Assembly (NCBI GenBank): GCA_963845065.1
Contig: CAWJQQ010000001.1
Span: forward strand, 992,001 to 1,056,000
Origin: Nitrospirota bacterium
GTDB taxonomy: Bacteria > Nitrospirota > UBA9217
Direction of reading: 5' to 3'
DNA: 64,000 nucleotides
The number at the start of each line of letters is the position of its first letter. Position 1 is the first letter of the stretch. The position numbers and the translations under genes are program-made. Shown here piece after piece: positions 10,757 through 21,421 of this stretch. The notes beneath the pieces are model-generated. The model saw only the letters and a program-made list of their open reading frames with translations. It searched no databases and was not told the origin of the DNA.

Positions 10757-11584
10757 CTAAGGTACCATTGTCGGATTCCAAGAGCTGCGGAAGCCGTCAT
10801 TGAGACCGTCGAGTATCGACATATCTTCGCTGGTAAGTTCGAATTCGAAAACTCGTGCGTTCTCCGCAATCCTGTCGGCATGCCTCGACTTGGGGATAAC
10901 GACGACCTCATGCTGTATCGTCCAACGAAGCATAATTTGCGCGTTCGTACGGCCGTGCTGCTTGGCGATCGCCGTTATGCGAGGGTCATTCAGTCGGCGG
11001 CTTGCGGTAAGAGGAGCATATGCTTCGATTTGGATCTGCTGTGATCGGCAGAATTCGAGTAGTTCGCGCTGATAGAGAAAGGGACTGAACTCGACTTGGT
11101 TAACGGCGGGAACGACGGAGGATCGGTGAAGAAGGTCTTTCAGGTGACGTTCCGTGTAGTTGCTCACTCCAATTGAGCGGGTCCGACCGCTGTTCAGAAT
11201 GTTTTCCAGTGCCCGCCAGCTCTCCTCACGTAGCCCCGGGACAGGGAAATGGATCAGGTAGAGATCAATGTAGCCGAGACCCAGGTGCTTGAGGGAAGCG
11301 TCAAAGGCTCGATGTACGGAATCGTAACCGTGGTCGTCGTTCCAGAGCTTGGTTGTGACGAAGACTTCTTCACGGGGTACAACGCTGTCGCGGACCGCCT
11401 TACCAACATCTTCTTCGTTACCGTAGAAACTAGCGGTGTCCACAAGACGGTAGCCGGTATCAAGAGCTGCTTTGACCGACTGATACGATTCTGTGCCAGG
11501 ACGCAGAAGGTAAACCCCCAGGCCAAGCAGTGGAATGGAGATGCCGTTGTTTAGTTTTAAGGTAGATTTTAGGGTAAGTGGCAT
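10757..11584 (-). CDS. Aldo/keto reductase
   Basis: DTASFYGNE, FVTTKLWN, DLYLIHFP, IGVSNY, NQVEFSP, IPKS motifs. Confidence 0.95.
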   Translation of the reverse strand: MPLTLKSTLKLNNGISIPLLGLGVYLLRPGTESYQSVKAALDTGYRLVDTASFYGNEEDVGKAVRDSVVPREEVFVTTKLWNDDHGYDSVHRAFDASLKHLGLGYIDLYLIHFPVPGLREESWRALENILNSGRTRSIGVSNYTERHLKDLLHRSSVVPAVNQVEFSPFLYQRELLEFCRSQQIQIEAYAPLTASRRLNDPRITAIAKQHGRTNAQIMLRWTIQHEVVVIPKSRHADRIAENARVFEFELTSEDMSILDGLNDGFRSSWNPTMVP

Positions 11585-11674
11585 GGGTTTTCTTTATTGA
11601 CGCACTCACACCTCTAAGTCATAGGGGGGTTCCCGCGCTATTTCCCTAATCTAAGCGGTCTATGCATATCCCCT

Positions 11675-12721
11675 CTATGCGTGTGAACTAGCTTCTGAAG
11701 GCGTAACGTTGATTTCTAGACGTTCTTGCATGCGGAGCACGGACACATTGACCGGTTTGCCGATGGTCCAATCAGAAAGGAATTTCTGAAGCAGATCCAC
11801 CGTCATGATATCGGTCCCGTTCATAGCTACGATAAGATCGCCTTTCCGCATTCCAGCCTGCGCAGCAGGGCCACCGTGCGTCACCGAGAGAACTTCCACG
11901 GCGGACGCCTGTGTAATGTTGAAATAGCGGGCCGTCCTCCGACTAAGGGGACGTTGCTGCGCGGCGATGCCCAAATATCCCCGGCGCACCCTGCCGAGAG
12001 TGAGGAGCTGGGAAACGATCCATTTTGCAGTATCGGAAGGGATGGAGAAACCAATGCCCTGTGCGCCCATGATGATTGCCGTATTCAGTCCCACGATCCT
12101 TCCCCGCGAATCCACCAACGGGCCTCCTGAATTACCCGGATTGAGCGGTGCGGTGTGCTGAATAATGTTCTCGATTGCTCTACCTTCCCTGCTTCGTAGC
12201 GCCCTTCCGAGCGCGCTTATCACGCCGGTAGATACGGTGGATTGGAACCCGTAGGGATTGCCGATTGCGATCACGAGTTGCCCGACACGAAGGGATGCAG
12301 ATTCACCGAGCGTGGCAAACGGCACATTCGCGGAGTCGGCGCGGATTACGGCAAGATCGGTGGCAGGGTCTGTGCCCACCATATCCGCCGCGTGTGTCGT
12401 ACCATTCGTGAGCGACACGGTAAGCGACTTCGAGCCATGCACAACGTGATCGTTTGTCAAAATGTATCCATCCGGTGCAATGATGACGCCCGAGCCGGCA
12501 CCGCCCGCTTCAAACTCAGCGTTTTTTGGCCTCGTCCCGGTTGAGATGCTCACGACAGCAGGACCGACGGCCTCCACTACCGTTATGACCGCCCGTGAGT
12601 AGGCATCCAGGAGTTCAACGTTGGATTTCTCTGCAGTGCTCACTTCGCAGGGACCAGGTGAATTTTGTTTCTCGGCTGCGTTATTGATCACATTGAGCGT
12701 TCTTCGTGTCACGTCGTCCAT
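11675..12721 (-). CDS. HtrA/DegS-like trypsin serine protease with one PDZ domain, no obvious signal peptide
   Basis: GSGVII, TNDHVV, DLAVIR, GNSGGPL; C-terminal PDZ (YLGI..GPAAQAG..GDLI). Confidence 0.92.
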   Translation of the reverse strand: MDDVTRRTLNVINNAAEKQNSPGPCEVSTAEKSNVELLDAYSRAVITVVEAVGPAVVSISTGTRPKNAEFEAGGAGSGVIIAPDGYILTNDHVVHGSKSLTVSLTNGTTHAADMVGTDPATDLAVIRADSANVPFATLGESASLRVGQLVIAIGNPYGFQSTVSTGVISALGRALRSREGRAIENIIQHTAPLNPGNSGGPLVDSRGRIVGLNTAIIMGAQGIGFSIPSDTAKWIVSQLLTLGRVRRGYLGIAAQQRPLSRRTARYFNITQASAVEVLSVTHGGPAAQAGMRKGDLIVAMNGTDIMTVDLLQKFLSDWTIGKPVNVSVLRMQERLEINVTPSEASSHA

Positions 12722-13109
12722 ATCAGTGTGTTCCTTATGGCGCAAAAACAACACATTTCTATGTAAACTCTATCATAACATCGTCCCGAAGTCCAAAATC
12801 TTCACAGGAGGGTAACGAACTAGCTTTTCCGACCAAGTACTTGTTGACGAATCACAACTCCGTGAGCATATTTGAAATCAAATTCTCTTCAAAATAAAAG
12901 GCAAGTAAGGCATGCGATGTTGGGATGTAAGGGGGAGGCATCTACGCTGGCCTTATAATCAAAGTTAATAAATCCTGGATGATCTCAATGATGCAGGGAT
13001 TTCTGAAAGTGAGTGGGAACAGATGGGGCTAGGGCATAACTGTTTGCATTAATGCGAGACTGAAAACTAATATTCAAACTAAGGGATCAAAATAGTCATA
13101 AAGTTGCGT

Positions 13110-13841
13110 TTATACGCCTTTGAGCCTCGGCAGGTCAATCCGATCCCCGTTCTTGAAGAGCTTGATCATGACCTGTCCTTTCACATATGAATAAATTTGG
13201 ACCTGCGCATTCCTACGCGAGCTTATACAGGTGGCGCCGGAGCCATCATAGTGAATAGCTGCAAAGTTATCGCAAGCGATCCCCACCATGTTTTCTCGGG
13301 CAACCATTTTTTTGAATGATGTATGACGCTTTTCGGAATCCAGATGCGGGCAATACAACCCTTGGCACAAACCGAGGGATCGGACTTTTATATAGGACCA
13401 GTTCTTCTTGCCTGAATATGCCCTTGAGTCTGAATGGCCCCATTCGTGCCAGCAGATCGCACCCGCGCTCAAGCCCGCAAGCACCGTTCCCCGCTTTCCG
13501 GCTTTAATCAGCAGTTTGTCGATCCCTAGATGCCGCCACATCTTCATCATACGAAGAGTATTACCTCCGCCGACATAGATTAAACTGGCTGACTCGATCT
13601 TCTTGTCTGCGGAAGCACGGTCTCCGAGTCTTCTGTAAAGGAGGAGGTGGTCCGTTCTACACCCAAGCAAATCTCCATATATACGGTCGAAAGTCTCGCA
13701 GTAGTCCACCTGATCGATGCTTGCCGTTGGAACAAAGAGAGCCCGGGGAGACTTTATGCCTGCCAGTCTGACGATAAACCTATCTATCGGAAGTGTCTGC
13801 TTCTTCTTTAAGCTACCGCCGCCGATTGCGATAATATTCAT
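13110..13841 (-). CDS. Peptidase E (family S51)
   Basis: IIAIGGG, FVPTAS, YVGGGNT, GLSAGA nucleophile elbow, CPH; start chosen at MNIIAIGGG with RBS. Confidence 0.88.
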   Translation of the reverse strand: MNIIAIGGGSLKKKQTLPIDRFIVRLAGIKSPRALFVPTASIDQVDYCETFDRIYGDLLGCRTDHLLLYRRLGDRASADKKIESASLIYVGGGNTLRMMKMWRHLGIDKLLIKAGKRGTVLAGLSAGAICWHEWGHSDSRAYSGKKNWSYIKVRSLGLCQGLYCPHLDSEKRHTSFKKMVARENMVGIACDNFAAIHYDGSGATCISSRRNAQVQIYSYVKGQVMIKLFKNGDRIDLPRLKGV

Positions 13842-13848
13842 ATTCCCC

Positions 13849-15759
13849 TTATATAGCGCCACCACACATTTCAACAACTTTCCTTACTAAAGCAGGTAGC
13901 GACGGGTCCCGCGCCCCCATGATGAGAATGCAGTCTTCTGGTTTCACGTCCGCTTTTAATCTGGTCAATAATGCATTTCGATCTTTTACAGCATTTGCAT
14001 TAAATGATACAGGACCAAGGCCATGAATAATATCTTCCGATGAAATATTCTTTTGCGCTGTGCCACCGGCATAATAGATGGGCAAAAGATAAAGGGAATC
14101 ATTTGGATGGAAGGCCGTTAGAAAGGTTGCGATGTATTCATCTTTCAAGAATCGTGTCGGACTAAACCCGTGCGGCTGATATACCGCAATAATGCGGCTG
14201 GAAAGGCCACGAGCTGCACGAACAGCAGCCGCTATCTTTGCTGGATTATGGGCAAAGTCATCAACCACATGCACGTTCTGCTTTGTTTTGGTCACAGAAA
14301 AACGCCGGGCTACACCTTCATAATTTTTTACCGCTTCGGCAAGCGTTGTTCCTTCACAGCCGAAATGTTCGCAAACGCAAAGCGCTGCGCATAAATTATC
14401 AAGATTGTGAGCACCTGGTAGCGGCAGAAGATATTGAGTGCCGCCGCGGAAAAGACTGACCGAAGAAGGCGATAGCTGTTCCTGGTCCGGTCGCCACGAG
14501 CCTGAACCATTACGGCCGAAGCGAACTGTTGCTGGAAGGGAAGCAAGAATTGGATCATCGGCATTAGAAGCTGTCCATAGCGATTGTGAAATCAACGTTT
14601 CAAAAAGCTGTCTTACTTCGTCAGTAGTCTTATGGTCCTTGGAAATATTCAGGATGACCGCGGCGGCCGGACAATATTTTACCAGCGATCCATCACTTTC
14701 GTCCGCTTCAACGACCAAGAGATCGGAGCCGCCGCTGTATGCGTTGCCGATAAGCCCTTGTTTCTCGAGTCTGCGTAGGCCCGCACCGCTTATGAGGGAG
14801 GGCGATTTTCCGCACGCGGTCATGAATTCGAAAATCATTGCGGTCACCGTCGACTTGCCGCTGGTGCCGGCCACTGCTATGGTTTTCTTTGTGGCGATGA
14901 TCGCGGCAAGCAGATCAGAGCGATGGACGATGGGAATACCACGGCTACGCGCAGCAGCGATGTCGGGATTCGATTCTTCTATTGCAGTTGAGACGCAGAC
15001 CACATCCGTATCCGCACTTACACCCAGACCGTCTTGATGAACGATAGAACACCCAAGACCTGCAAGCGATTGACGTATGTAGGCGGTATCCTCACTTGCA
15101 TGGAAACGATCGGACCCCGAGACCGTGATCCCCTGAAAGCGCAGGTATTGTGCGAGTGCGCTCATGCCGCTGCCGAAGATACCGGTGAAATGGACGTTTC
15201 TGCAATGCTTTTTATTGATAACAATTGGCAGGGGATCGATGTAGACGATGGTGCCTTCTTTGACCGACTCAAACAAACGAATGATGTCAAGATTGCGCAA
15301 GCACACACATCCGTGCGATAGGGGAGTCCCGATAAGGTCCTCGCGACCGGTACCGTGTATATATATATAACGCTCGTAGGAATCAACGCCAGCGCCTTTA
15401 TTGATTCCCTCCTCAAGGCCTTCGAGCCGCAGTATGCGGGTCAGGATCAGATTATCACCGTTCAGAATGTGATCCCAATCAGTGCCCGTATCCTCACGGT
15501 CTCTGAAAATGCGGCCCGCTGGTGCGCTGGCTCCAAATTTTTCCTTGATCCTATGAACGCCGAGGGGCGTTTTTAGCGAGTTCTCACGATTGCCATTACC
15601 AAAACGTGAGGTAGAGGTATCGTATCGCTCAACGATAGTGTCGTTTTTACAAACGAGAAGCGTTTGTGTCTCAATAGACACGACGAGAAAAGGTTCTCGC
15701 GGATCGCATAAAAAATTACGTAATTTATTGTAAATACGTCTTAATTGAACTGTTTCCAT
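13849..15759 (-). CDS. Fusion of an L,D-transpeptidase (YkuD) domain and a MurC/Mpl-like Mur ligase
   Basis: First ~175 aa: TPLG, IYIHGT..SHGCV. Then HFTGIFGSGMSALA, GSD, AGTSGKST, EADESD, DH and DDFAHNP. One uninterrupted ORF. Confidence 0.88.
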   Translation of the reverse strand: METVQLRRIYNKLRNFLCDPREPFLVVSIETQTLLVCKNDTIVERYDTSTSRFGNGNRENSLKTPLGVHRIKEKFGASAPAGRIFRDREDTGTDWDHILNGDNLILTRILRLEGLEEGINKGAGVDSYERYIYIHGTGREDLIGTPLSHGCVCLRNLDIIRLFESVKEGTIVYIDPLPIVINKKHCRNVHFTGIFGSGMSALAQYLRFQGITVSGSDRFHASEDTAYIRQSLAGLGCSIVHQDGLGVSADTDVVCVSTAIEESNPDIAAARSRGIPIVHRSDLLAAIIATKKTIAVAGTSGKSTVTAMIFEFMTACGKSPSLISGAGLRRLEKQGLIGNAYSGGSDLLVVEADESDGSLVKYCPAAAVILNISKDHKTTDEVRQLFETLISQSLWTASNADDPILASLPATVRFGRNGSGSWRPDQEQLSPSSVSLFRGGTQYLLPLPGAHNLDNLCAALCVCEHFGCEGTTLAEAVKNYEGVARRFSVTKTKQNVHVVDDFAHNPAKIAAAVRAARGLSSRIIAVYQPHGFSPTRFLKDEYIATFLTAFHPNDSLYLLPIYYAGGTAQKNISSEDIIHGLGPVSFNANAVKDRNALLTRLKADVKPEDCILIMGARDPSLPALVRKVVEMCGGAI

Positions 15760-15782
15760 ACGAGAAAGGCTATCTTCTTAAT

Positions 15783-17181
15783 TGACAACTGTCAGGACAT
15801 CGTGGACAAAAATAGCTGTCACGACATCGTGGACTCGCAACTTTGAAACTATATTATCCAGCGATACCGTGACAAGAGATTTTGCAGTCATCGCAGTTGA
15901 TAACTATATTCTTCAACTTGGATTGTTTCCAAGTAGAGTTTTAACTTTTGATCTTTGACATCGACAGTAGCCACAACGTATTCGTACTGAGTATTCGGTG
16001 GAGCAAGGAACATTTCGCCAAAGATGTTCAGCTTGCAGTCACTTCGGATGAATCGAACAAAATGATAGCATCCTGTTTCCGGTTTCTCCAGTGGGTGATG
16101 GGGCACATTCTTTTGACTCGGAAAGATCCTTTTCACTTTCATACGATCTAGTGCTTTAATCGGCGTTTGTCCTTTGATTTTGCTGTAGCGATAGGTGTTG
16201 TTATGCCGATGCTCGAATGCCAGAGATTCTTGCCGAAGCTGCACCATCGATATCATCGTGACCTTGTCGAGGAACTTCTGACGATAATGGTCATTGAACT
16301 TCTCGATTATCCCGTTTCGCCAGGGTTCGGCTGGTGGGATGAACCAGAGATTGACCCCAGAGAGCAAGCAGAGGCGGATAAGCGGCCCCATTCCTCGTGG
16401 GTAAACGGGACTTCCGAAGAAGGCGATTTCATTGTCTACCTGAAGATTCTCGGGGATGCCCATGCGCTGCCAGACCGCGTAAATGGCGTCCAGAATGCTC
16501 TGCGCTGACTTTGAGGGTATCGGCTCCATGCCGCAGAGGTTGATGGCGGTATCAATTGCATTCAAGCCATAGAACCGAATTGGACCGCTCAGATAACAGG
16601 GACCTACCAGATCAAGCTGGTGTGTCTGGTTGGGCGCTAGCGCCGGCAGTCCGGGATATTTCTTGCCCTTTGGTTCATACCGGCCGGTACGGCGATGGGT
16701 CAATTCACGACGGCGCAAAATTCGGCTGATTGTGCTCAGTGAGGGAAGCGGTCGCACCTCCATCTCTTCCAGTTCCCATCGTATGGCCTGGTCGCCGCAG
16801 AAGAGATCTTTGTTGTACAAGCTCCATCGGACCATCTCGACGATCATTTCGATTTCTGCGGGCGTGCGGTGAGGACTGACAAGCGGTTGCCGAGACCGCT
16901 CTTCAAACCATAACGAATCATCGGGCGCATACCGTGTCACCCATTTGTACAGCCATGCTCGAGAACGGCCAAGAGAATCACAAATCTCTTCCGGCTCTTC
17001 TCCATTGAAGAACCGCTGCACAGCTTTTAATCGTTCTTGCTTGATGCTCTTTTTCATGAACACCTCCCTTTTAGGTTTGGTGTTCATGATACGTTTATGC
17101 TGTGGCTATTCGATTGTCAAAGAACGTTTGTCCACGATGTCCTGACAGTAAAATCTGTCTACGATGTCGTGACAGTTATCA
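15783..17181 (-). mobile_element. IS481-like insertion sequence, 1399 bp
   Basis: TGA...TCA ends; inverted repeats with two internal CTGTCA(C/G)GACATCGT(G/A)GAC units per end; 6-bp target duplication CTTAAT (15777-15782, 17182-17187). Confidence 0.85.
15888..17057 (-). CDS. DDE (rve) transposase with N-terminal HTH
   Basis: SRAWLYKW HTH; HQLD, QVDN and NGIIEKFN DDE motifs; GGAGG RBS before MKKS. Confidence 0.9.
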   Translation of the reverse strand: MKKSIKQERLKAVQRFFNGEEPEEICDSLGRSRAWLYKWVTRYAPDDSLWFEERSRQPLVSPHRTPAEIEMIVEMVRWSLYNKDLFCGDQAIRWELEEMEVRPLPSLSTISRILRRRELTHRRTGRYEPKGKKYPGLPALAPNQTHQLDLVGPCYLSGPIRFYGLNAIDTAINLCGMEPIPSKSAQSILDAIYAVWQRMGIPENLQVDNEIAFFGSPVYPRGMGPLIRLCLLSGVNLWFIPPAEPWRNGIIEKFNDHYRQKFLDKVTMISMVQLRQESLAFEHRHNNTYRYSKIKGQTPIKALDRMKVKRIFPSQKNVPHHPLEKPETGCYHFVRFIRSDCKLNIFGEMFLAPPNTQYEYVVATVDVKDQKLKLYLETIQVEEYSYQLR

Positions 17182-17612
17182 CTTAATGCATATTATTGTA
17201 TTGTCAATGCCAACAACATAATAAAGGCAGCATCCGTGCATGTCAAGATGATACGTACGCATGGGGGCACTTAGCTTTGGTGAGGTGTTTTTTCTTCCGG
17301 TTTACAAATTAAATACTCCGTAGAATCTACCCAACTCTCTCTCCCGATATTATTGGATGGTCATGTGTGCCAGAAATATGTTTATCGGATCTTTAATATT
17401 GGATATTTGGCCGGACCAAGGAAACCATTGTGCTGTTGTTGCATGGTACATCTATTGTAATATCCTCGCATCCAATAAGGATAAACACCACCTAACTTGC
17501 TAACTGCTTGATAATTTGCCGGACATGGGTAAAATGATAAGTTTGGAGCTAAATTACCATGGGTAAGTGCTTGTAGTAAGATCTTTAACCTTGCCCGGAG
17601 ATAGAGGGAAAT

Positions 17613-17852
17613 TTGGTATTTACCGCAAGATGGGGTACAATGAAAACAGAGGAGCATGGAATGATTACACGTTACCACAGCACCGATGATCCAGACGGCC
17701 AGGAGAAAGAGAAAAAAAATCCAGAAAAACAAGCGAAATCAGTTAGTGACGACACCTGCAGGTGTAAAGAAGCCTCAGATATGACTCCTCGGCAACTTCT
17801 CGGACTCATGATAAGTGACCTAGCTTTCTGGAAAAAGGCAAAAAAAAGCTAA
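17613..17852 (+). CDS. Small hypothetical protein (true start probably a downstream ATG)
   Basis: Short ORF with an internal AGGAG before ATGs; no recognisable family. Confidence 0.4.
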   Translation: MVFTARWGTMKTEEHGMITRYHSTDDPDGQEKEKKNPEKQAKSVSDDTCRCKEASDMTPRQLLGLMISDLAFWKKAKKS

Positions 17853-17922
17853 TCCTGGGAGCCTGTTGCAATTTTCAAACGGGATGCAGGAAAAATAAGT
17901 TCAATAAGGGGAGCTAGAACCA

Positions 17923-18528
17923 ATGGGTGATAAGCAGGTATTTCAGCCCCTTACGAGGGAAGATAAAATAACTGTTGTGCTATACCGTGTCGGTATTGTG
18001 ATTTGTACGATCATCATGAGCGCTCTGGCTAGTTTGCTGGCGACAGCATCTTCAAATTCCAATGCGGTACGCATCAGTTCGTCAGCAGATATTCTTATCT
18101 ATGGCCTTTATGCATCCATTGGTATCAGCGTATTTTCAATTCATCTTTATATTGGCAAGATCAAAGGATATCTGAGGAACCTGTACTTCATCAGTCTTGG
18201 CTGTCTTGTTGTTCTCCTCACAATTGGAAAAGGTTCCCTTTCCGGAGCGCTCGTGCACATACCTTACAGCCCGTTGCTCCTGCTGCCGCTTTCCGGATGT
18301 CTAGGGATCGTGACTGTTAAGGAGGCTTTCTGCTTCAAACTTTTCGAGGGCTATCTCCTTGCTATGATAATGCCGATCTATCTGCTGCTGGTTTCGGACA
18401 AAATCCTAGCAGGCCAAGGTGCATCCTATGGCTTAGTCATGATCGCCGCAATGCTTGTCATCTTCACACTGCGAAAAGTATTCATGCCCATGGCCTATGA
18501 TATCGGTGATAAATCCGCCTATCATTGA
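17923..18528 (+). CDS. DUF2301-like membrane protein
   Basis: Several hydrophobic helices; IHLY, KEAFCF and DIGDKS motifs. Confidence 0.75.
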   Translation: MGDKQVFQPLTREDKITVVLYRVGIVICTIIMSALASLLATASSNSNAVRISSSADILIYGLYASIGISVFSIHLYIGKIKGYLRNLYFISLGCLVVLLTIGKGSLSGALVHIPYSPLLLLPLSGCLGIVTVKEAFCFKLFEGYLLAMIMPIYLLLVSDKILAGQGASYGLVMIAAMLVIFTLRKVFMPMAYDIGDKSAYH

Positions 18529-18770
18529 TGTACTCCCACCGCTAAAGCATCTAGGGTTTCTCGCGATGGACTCCTATAATTTTAAAAAGGTCCTCGGTCG
18601 CGAATGAGCGCAAATAAATAAACCGCTTAACTCTTGTGACGTCTACGAAGACCATGAAGCAGCATTAGAGCTGTTTAGGGAAGTGGTTGCTGATTTTAGA
18701 AGTGAAAAGTGGCGTCTGGAAATAGCAGTTTCTCGTTGACGAATATCAAAAAAATCGGCATAGTACCTAT

Positions 18771-20408
18771 ATGATCATAATTAGCATCTTCGGTGGGATT
18801 CTTCTCCTTCTCTATGGCATCAAGCTATTAAACGATGGCCTCCAGAACGCTGCCGGTTCCAAGATTCGATCGCTTCTTCGCTCCCTCACCAGTAACCGAT
18901 TTTCGGCCGTGGGCGGCGGGGCCTTCATGACAGGCCTTATTCAATCAAGCAGTGCAACATCGGTCATGCTCGTGGGATTCGTAAGCGCAGGTCTCATGAG
19001 CTTCCGTCAAACGCTTGCTGTGATCCTCGGTGCGGATATCGGCGCCACGGTCACTGTACAACTCATCGCATTCCATATATATGACTACGCCATACTCCTG
19101 ATCGGCATAGGCCTCGTCTTTACGCTATTTTCAAAAAAAAACATCTACCGAAATGCCGGACAGGGTGTGCTAGGCTTCGGTTTCGTATTCCTTTCGCTCA
19201 AGCTGATGATCGATGGCATGGCGCCGCTCCAGGGCAACGAATTGTTCCGGCAGGTCTTCATCGCACTTTCAAATATGCCGATTGTGGGAATCGTGCTTTC
19301 CGCAGGGCTGACCGCATTGATACATAGCAGCGCAGCTACCATGGGCATTGCTATCGTTCTTGCTAAAAATGGCATGATCCCTCTTGATGCGGCTATCCAT
19401 CTCATCCTTGGCGCTAATATCGGTACATGTGCCACGGCACTAATTGCCAGCATACGATCTCCCGTTGAAGCGCGGCGCGTGGCGTGGGCGCATGTTTTTT
19501 TTAAGTTTTTTGGCGTGATGCTCTTCCTGCCATTTCTCGGCCTTTTTCAGGCCCTCGTGACTGAGACGACCCCCGATTTTACGCGCCAAATTGCAAATGC
19601 GAATACGCTGTTTAATATTATTATTGCGGTGCTTTTCCTACCGATCATCGGGCCATTCGCAAAAATGATTACTAAACTGGTACCGGAGAAGGAGGAAGAA
19701 AAGAAGTTTGGTCCGCTGTATCTTGACGAACATGTTCTCACAACACCATCGCTTGCGCTAGGCCAGGCTACGCGGGAAGTGCTCCGTGCTTCCGACATCG
19801 TTCGGGAAATGCTCATTGACGTGGTCAAGGTTTTTCAGAGCGATGACGATGCGATGATTACAGCCATCAAGAACAAGGATAATCTGATAGATCTGCTGGA
19901 CCGGCAAATTAGGTTCTACCTGACCCGCCTATCGTTATCCCCTCTTACCGAGTCCCAATCTCGCCGGAATATGGCCGTGCTCGAAACATCGCGCAATCTT
20001 GAGAACATCGGCGATATTATCGATCGGAACCTCATGCCCCTGGCTTTGAAACGAATAAGCAAAGGAATCTCTTTTTCCCAGGAAGGCCTGAAGGAAATGG
20101 GCTTGTACCACAAGCGGATCCTTGAAAATTTCGACACGGCTATTTCCGCTTTTGCAAGCCATGATCGTGACTTGGCTGAACGTGTACTTAGGAACAAGGA
20201 AGAACTCGGCATCATGGAGCGGGAACTGGTGCAGGCTCACTTCGACCGGCTCCGAAAGGGTTTGCGGGAATCCATCGAGACGAGTCATGTACATCTGGAC
20301 ATTATCAGCAACCTGGCGCGTATTAATTCTCTTATTACCCACCTCATTTACACTATCGCTGAAGAAAAGCGCGAAAGAGGACGGGAAGATGTGGGTATTG
20401 AACGTTGA
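18771..20408 (+). CDS. Na/Pi cotransporter family protein with PhoU-like C-terminus
   Basis: Repeated QSSSATS/HSSAAT..GA(D/N)IG motifs; LENIGD PhoU-type helix. Confidence 0.92.
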   Translation: MIIISIFGGILLLLYGIKLLNDGLQNAAGSKIRSLLRSLTSNRFSAVGGGAFMTGLIQSSSATSVMLVGFVSAGLMSFRQTLAVILGADIGATVTVQLIAFHIYDYAILLIGIGLVFTLFSKKNIYRNAGQGVLGFGFVFLSLKLMIDGMAPLQGNELFRQVFIALSNMPIVGIVLSAGLTALIHSSAATMGIAIVLAKNGMIPLDAAIHLILGANIGTCATALIASIRSPVEARRVAWAHVFFKFFGVMLFLPFLGLFQALVTETTPDFTRQIANANTLFNIIIAVLFLPIIGPFAKMITKLVPEKEEEKKFGPLYLDEHVLTTPSLALGQATREVLRASDIVREMLIDVVKVFQSDDDAMITAIKNKDNLIDLLDRQIRFYLTRLSLSPLTESQSRRNMAVLETSRNLENIGDIIDRNLMPLALKRISKGISFSQEGLKEMGLYHKRILENFDTAISAFASHDRDLAERVLRNKEELGIMERELVQAHFDRLRKGLRESIETSHVHLDIISNLARINSLITHLIYTIAEEKRERGREDVGIER

Positions 20409-20498
20409 CGTACAATATATATGGTCTGGGTCCAGTGGCAACGTGTTGCAGTAATCTTGGCCGGTGACTCTTGGCTTGTTCATTGAGGAGGTTTTGTT

Positions 20499-20897
20499 GT
20501 GATCAAGCAACTCAGGGTGCAGACGAATTCAAGGACCGAACTTATGGACATTACCCAGGGTGTACAGCGGATTGTTGCCGAGAGCGGTGTCCGTTCCGGA
20601 ATCTGCTATATTACCATACCGCACACGACCGCAGCAGTCACAATTAACGAAAACTCAGATCCAAATGTTGGGCGCGATATCCTGAAAGAATTGAATAGGG
20701 TTATTCCCTTTGACGATAATTACAGTCATAACGAAGGCAATTCCGCCGCTCATATCAAGTCTAGCTTAATCGGCGTTTCCAAAGTTGTGATGGTGGAGGA
20801 GGGACGGCTCGCACTCGGTACCTGGCAGGCAGTGTTTTTTTGCGAATTTGACGGCCCCCGCGACCGCAGGGTGATGGTGAAAGTGATGAAGGACTAA
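20499..20897 (+). CDS. yjbQ: YjbQ/UPF0047 family protein
   Basis: HTTAAVTINE..DP, H.EGNSAAHIKS, LGTWQ..EFDGPR. Confidence 0.92.
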   Translation: MIKQLRVQTNSRTELMDITQGVQRIVAESGVRSGICYITIPHTTAAVTINENSDPNVGRDILKELNRVIPFDDNYSHNEGNSAAHIKSSLIGVSKVVMVEEGRLALGTWQAVFFCEFDGPRDRRVMVKVMKD

Positions 20898-21421
20898 TGC
20901 TAACCCAAATGTAACAAGCTATACTTCCGTTATCTATATTCTCTCGATGATGAAAGCATCTTTGAATTGGGTGAAGGTGCATAGGACTTGAAGAGAGGGA
21001 ACAAGGAGCTAGTAATCAAAAAATTGATGTATTTACAGCCGTTCTGGCTCAGAATGCGTATCTTATCAGTATAACTTCGATCCGAGACATGATCGATTCA
21101 TTCGGAATGTATCACGCCAAATCGGCCTTTGCAGAGCTTGGCACAAACTCTGATTCTGGTAAGGAAATCAGCCAGGGCATTATGAGTTCCTATGGGAAGT
21201 CTGGGCAAGAATGGAAATGCTCACAGGAATAATTTAAGTTATGTTGGCGCCATGAATGGACATGGATTCTCACTGAGGCAATCAACGGGACAAGGGATAG
21301 CCATGAGAGACTGACCAGAGAAATGCGCAAAGAGGGGAATTCTTCGATCACCTCTGTGCACACTTCGGTGAACAACGTCTTTTCTCTTTATACCAGCATC
21401 CCGATATGGTAATATTTCGCT

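Noticed and set aside
15783..15835. Short repeats as a mini CRISPR array
   Set aside because: Only two units with a very short spacer, mirrored at the other IS end; they are transposase-binding repeats, and there are no cas genes.
18736..18749. FNR-like box TTGAC-GAAT-ATCAA before the Na/Pi transporter
   Set aside because: It coincides with a plausible -35 element and is a single unsupported instance.
20900..21400. Intergenic stretch with REP-like or pseudogene-like fragments
   Set aside because: No convincing palindrome, repeat unit or protein family could be established.
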